Made by a program: the position numbers and the translations under genes. Below the pieces are notes generated by a model. The model saw nothing but the letters and a program-made list of their open reading frames with translations, had not been told where the DNA came from and did no database searches. This document shows, piece after piece, positions 61,601-64,000 of a stretch of DNA of 64,000 nt (positions are counted from its first letter, which is position 1; each line of letters starts with the position of its first letter). The DNA comes from Magallana gigas (lineage: Eukaryota), in contig NC_088854.1 of the NCBI RefSeq assembly GCF_963853765.1, positions 9,176,001 through 9,240,000 on the forward strand, read 5' to 3'.

Positions 61601-63344
61601 TTATGTTTTGAAAATTAATATTTAAAAAACAAGAATAATACTGTAAAATTAAACAGGCATTAAAATACATTGATCTTGATGAAAATAAATAGATCAGTAT
61701 TAAATGTAAGTCACTGATATTTGATCTAAATTATGTTAGATATGGGTTGCCAAGGCGACTGCCATGACAATGATGGGGCGGGGAGAGGATGCTGAGGAGT
61801 TTCTGATCGCTGCAAGTCAACAGGAAGATGATGAAACAACCAGAAAGAACTGTATTCTTGGTCTACAAAAACTACAGGTTTGTAGGAAGTGGTTTCACCT
61901 CAGTAACTAGGGCAGGCTTTGTCTTTGTTCAGATAGAAGGATGGTAATTAAAACAAAAGTACAGTTCAACTCGTTTAGTAAGCTCAACCTTAATTTATCT
62001 ATAGCGACAGCACAGATATAACAGTATTTTAGTTAAAATACCATGTATTGTTTTACACTTTAAATAAATTTTGATGAAACAATGAAATTTATGGATCTAT
62101 AAATTAAGTATCTAATTTCATGTCTTTAACCAGGAAAGGAAGTCGGACGTTACAGCATTAAAGAGACGACTCTCTCTAAAAAGTCAGAATTGGTTTCATG
62201 GTCAGTTATCGAGGCAGGAGGCAGAAGCTTTGCTGCGCAATCAAGGGGATTTCCTGGTCAGAGAGAGCCTGCGGAAAAAGACTAATGAAATCCAGTATGT
62301 TTTGTCAGTTCTATGGCAGAACAATAGGCACATTCTTATCGTACAAGATCAGGAGGTAAGACTCTCCGAATGAAATTAATTTCTTTACTTACAAATATGT
62401 GCCATCCTCCCCTTCATACTCAGTTGAATGCCAGTTGGTGTTTGGTCAATCACAATTAGGTCAAAGGTCAAACTATTTTAGACATATCATCTGCTAACCA
62501 TCTTGGGAACCATTTGCTTGCCTCCTCAGTACATTGTGAAATAATTTACTAAGTAATTCAATTTCAGTTGCCACATGTAGGGCATAAATTTGTTTCTTAA
62601 AACATATATTGGTAATAATCTTGTTTCATCACAATTCCACTTACACTAGTAATGAGAAACATGTGATAAATGCAGGTTGGGTTAATTATGTTAAAAGTAC
62701 AGATATGTACTTATGACAATTTTGTACTTCATTAGATATAGCTATAAATCTGATGATATTATCTAGTTGGTACTCTGGTGTAGCTGGTACTTCCTGGTAG
62801 ATGACTGGTCAAATCTTTCAATACAAACTTATTACCCTCACTCAAATTTAAATAATTCCCATCAATACAAACCTTCATTACCCTGATTAATATTAGATAT
62901 TTCCTATATAATTGCAGCTATCTATTTTGTAAATTCTAACCTATCAACCACACTTTTTACAGAAATGCATAGTTTTTAAATTTAATAGTAAATGGGATGT
63001 AAACTACATGTATCAAAATGAACAGAACGACAATACAGGGGTATATATGTATACTTTGAGTAGGTTTCTGAGATTTTTAAGTACTGTAGAACCTATGTGT
63101 ATATATGTAAGAATAATGTTAAAGTAATTGTATGTATTCATGTGACCCACATAATATGTCTCTTTTATTTGAGCTCTCTGCTATCTCAATTGGACAGGGT
63201 TACTGGAAGTTTGAGGGCTTCTCTTTCCCTACCATTCAAGAACTTGTAGAATACCAACACAGCAGTGGTAAACCAGTGACCAAGCGGTCCGGGGCGCTCC
63301 TCAAAACCCCCATCAGCCAATCAAGACAACCAAAGATGGCAGAG
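58379..63344 (+). CDS. p67phox/NOXA1-like TPR domain fused to a Fer/Fes-type SH2 domain (probably continues beyond the window)
   Basis: Exons 58379-58552, 60894-60976, 61194-61302, 61740-61877, 62134-62355 and 63198-63344, all GT-AG and in frame. TPR part: MALKDTIILWNDGV..., KDQHLA, LRSATFIDYTQLG. SH2 part: WFHGQLSRQEAEALL, GDFLVRES, YVLSV, FEGFSFPTIQELV, VTKRSG. Confidence 0.85.
58602..58632. repeat. (CT)n microsatellite
   Basis: Uninterrupted CT run in intron 1. Confidence 0.97.
61374..61454. mobile_element. 81-bp palindromic hAT-like MITE with 8-bp TSD
   Basis: CA...TG termini, ~35-bp arms and a 10-nt loop. GTCTTGGC at 61366-61373 and 61455-61462. Confidence 0.8.
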
Positions 63345-63519
63345 GTTGGTGCAGAAATATACACTCTACTCTTAAAGGAAGGTTAAAGTGTTTTGTGAGA
63401 GCAATTTAAATGTACTTGCTAAAGTGCATATATAAATGATAAGATATTTAGTCTAAAGCTCATAGAGAACGTATTAACACAACTGTTGTTGAATTGCCTA
63501 GTATCTGAAATATACACGT

Positions 63520-63600
63520 TATGATCAACTGCAAACAAAGTTTAGGGGTATGTTAGAATAACCTTGTCCATTTATCTGTTTTCCTGTCCATGACTTAAAT
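63520..63600 (+). mobile_element. degenerate 5' end of a HINE related to 13472-14420
   Basis: CTGCAAACAAAG...GGGGTAT...ACCTTGTCCATTTATCTG. Confidence 0.5.
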
Positions 63601-64000
63601 TTTTTTCAGACATGATTTAAAATCAAAGTACCGAGAGTACTGAAAGACGGGGTCTTGAAAGTGTCCTTGATTTCCTCGAATATGCTTCCAAAAATTATGA
63701 GTTTGAATAAGTTGTTTTAATCTATTTAATTCGGCTTTTTTGCAATTGTCTGATACTTTGTCTAAAGTTTACTCAATCCCGGCCTTCATAATTGTAGAAA
63801 ATTGACACAACAGTATTTTATGTAAAATTTAAAAATTACTACTAACCGGGAAAATCAAAACAACTATATCAAGGTAGATAATTTAAATCATTAGATTTAT
63901 TTAATTCTGTGATCCAAGGGAAAATCCACAAGTCGGACGGTATCCGTTATATATGAAACCTCAAAAACGCTCAAACTGCTGGATTACTAAACAAAGTGAA

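Overview
AT-rich, intron-containing animal genomic DNA, most likely a bivalve and probably an oyster. That assignment is inferred from cvSI-2-like inhibitor genes, Helentron/HINE repeats with ~165-bp satellite units and abundant TACATGTA. I reconstructed genes by hand from GT-AG splice sites with consistent phases. From left to right: a 5'-truncated CR1-type LINE; BORA (13 coding exons, 811 aa); an orphan secreted Cys protein; ATP synthase subunit g head-to-head with sterol-C5-desaturase (SC5D); a head-to-head pair of 12-Cys cvSI-2-like protease-inhibitor genes; a multicopper-oxidase (MCO) gene; a small secreted repeat-peptide precursor; two tandem divergent Rab GTPases; and the 5' part of a gene that runs off the window end. 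Two chimeric genes stand out. (1) The MCO has lost 7 of its 11 copper ligands and splices, via a Thr/Pro stalk exon, onto a copy of the same six-Cys module that ends the neighbouring cvSI-2-like genes. (2) A p67phox/NOXA1-type Rac-binding TPR domain splices in frame, at the ancestral NCF2 intron-4 position, onto a Fer/Fes-type SH2 domain. Introns and intergenic DNA hold many MITEs, HINEs and long foldback elements capped by cGNAg triloops. Family names and novelty were not database-checked.
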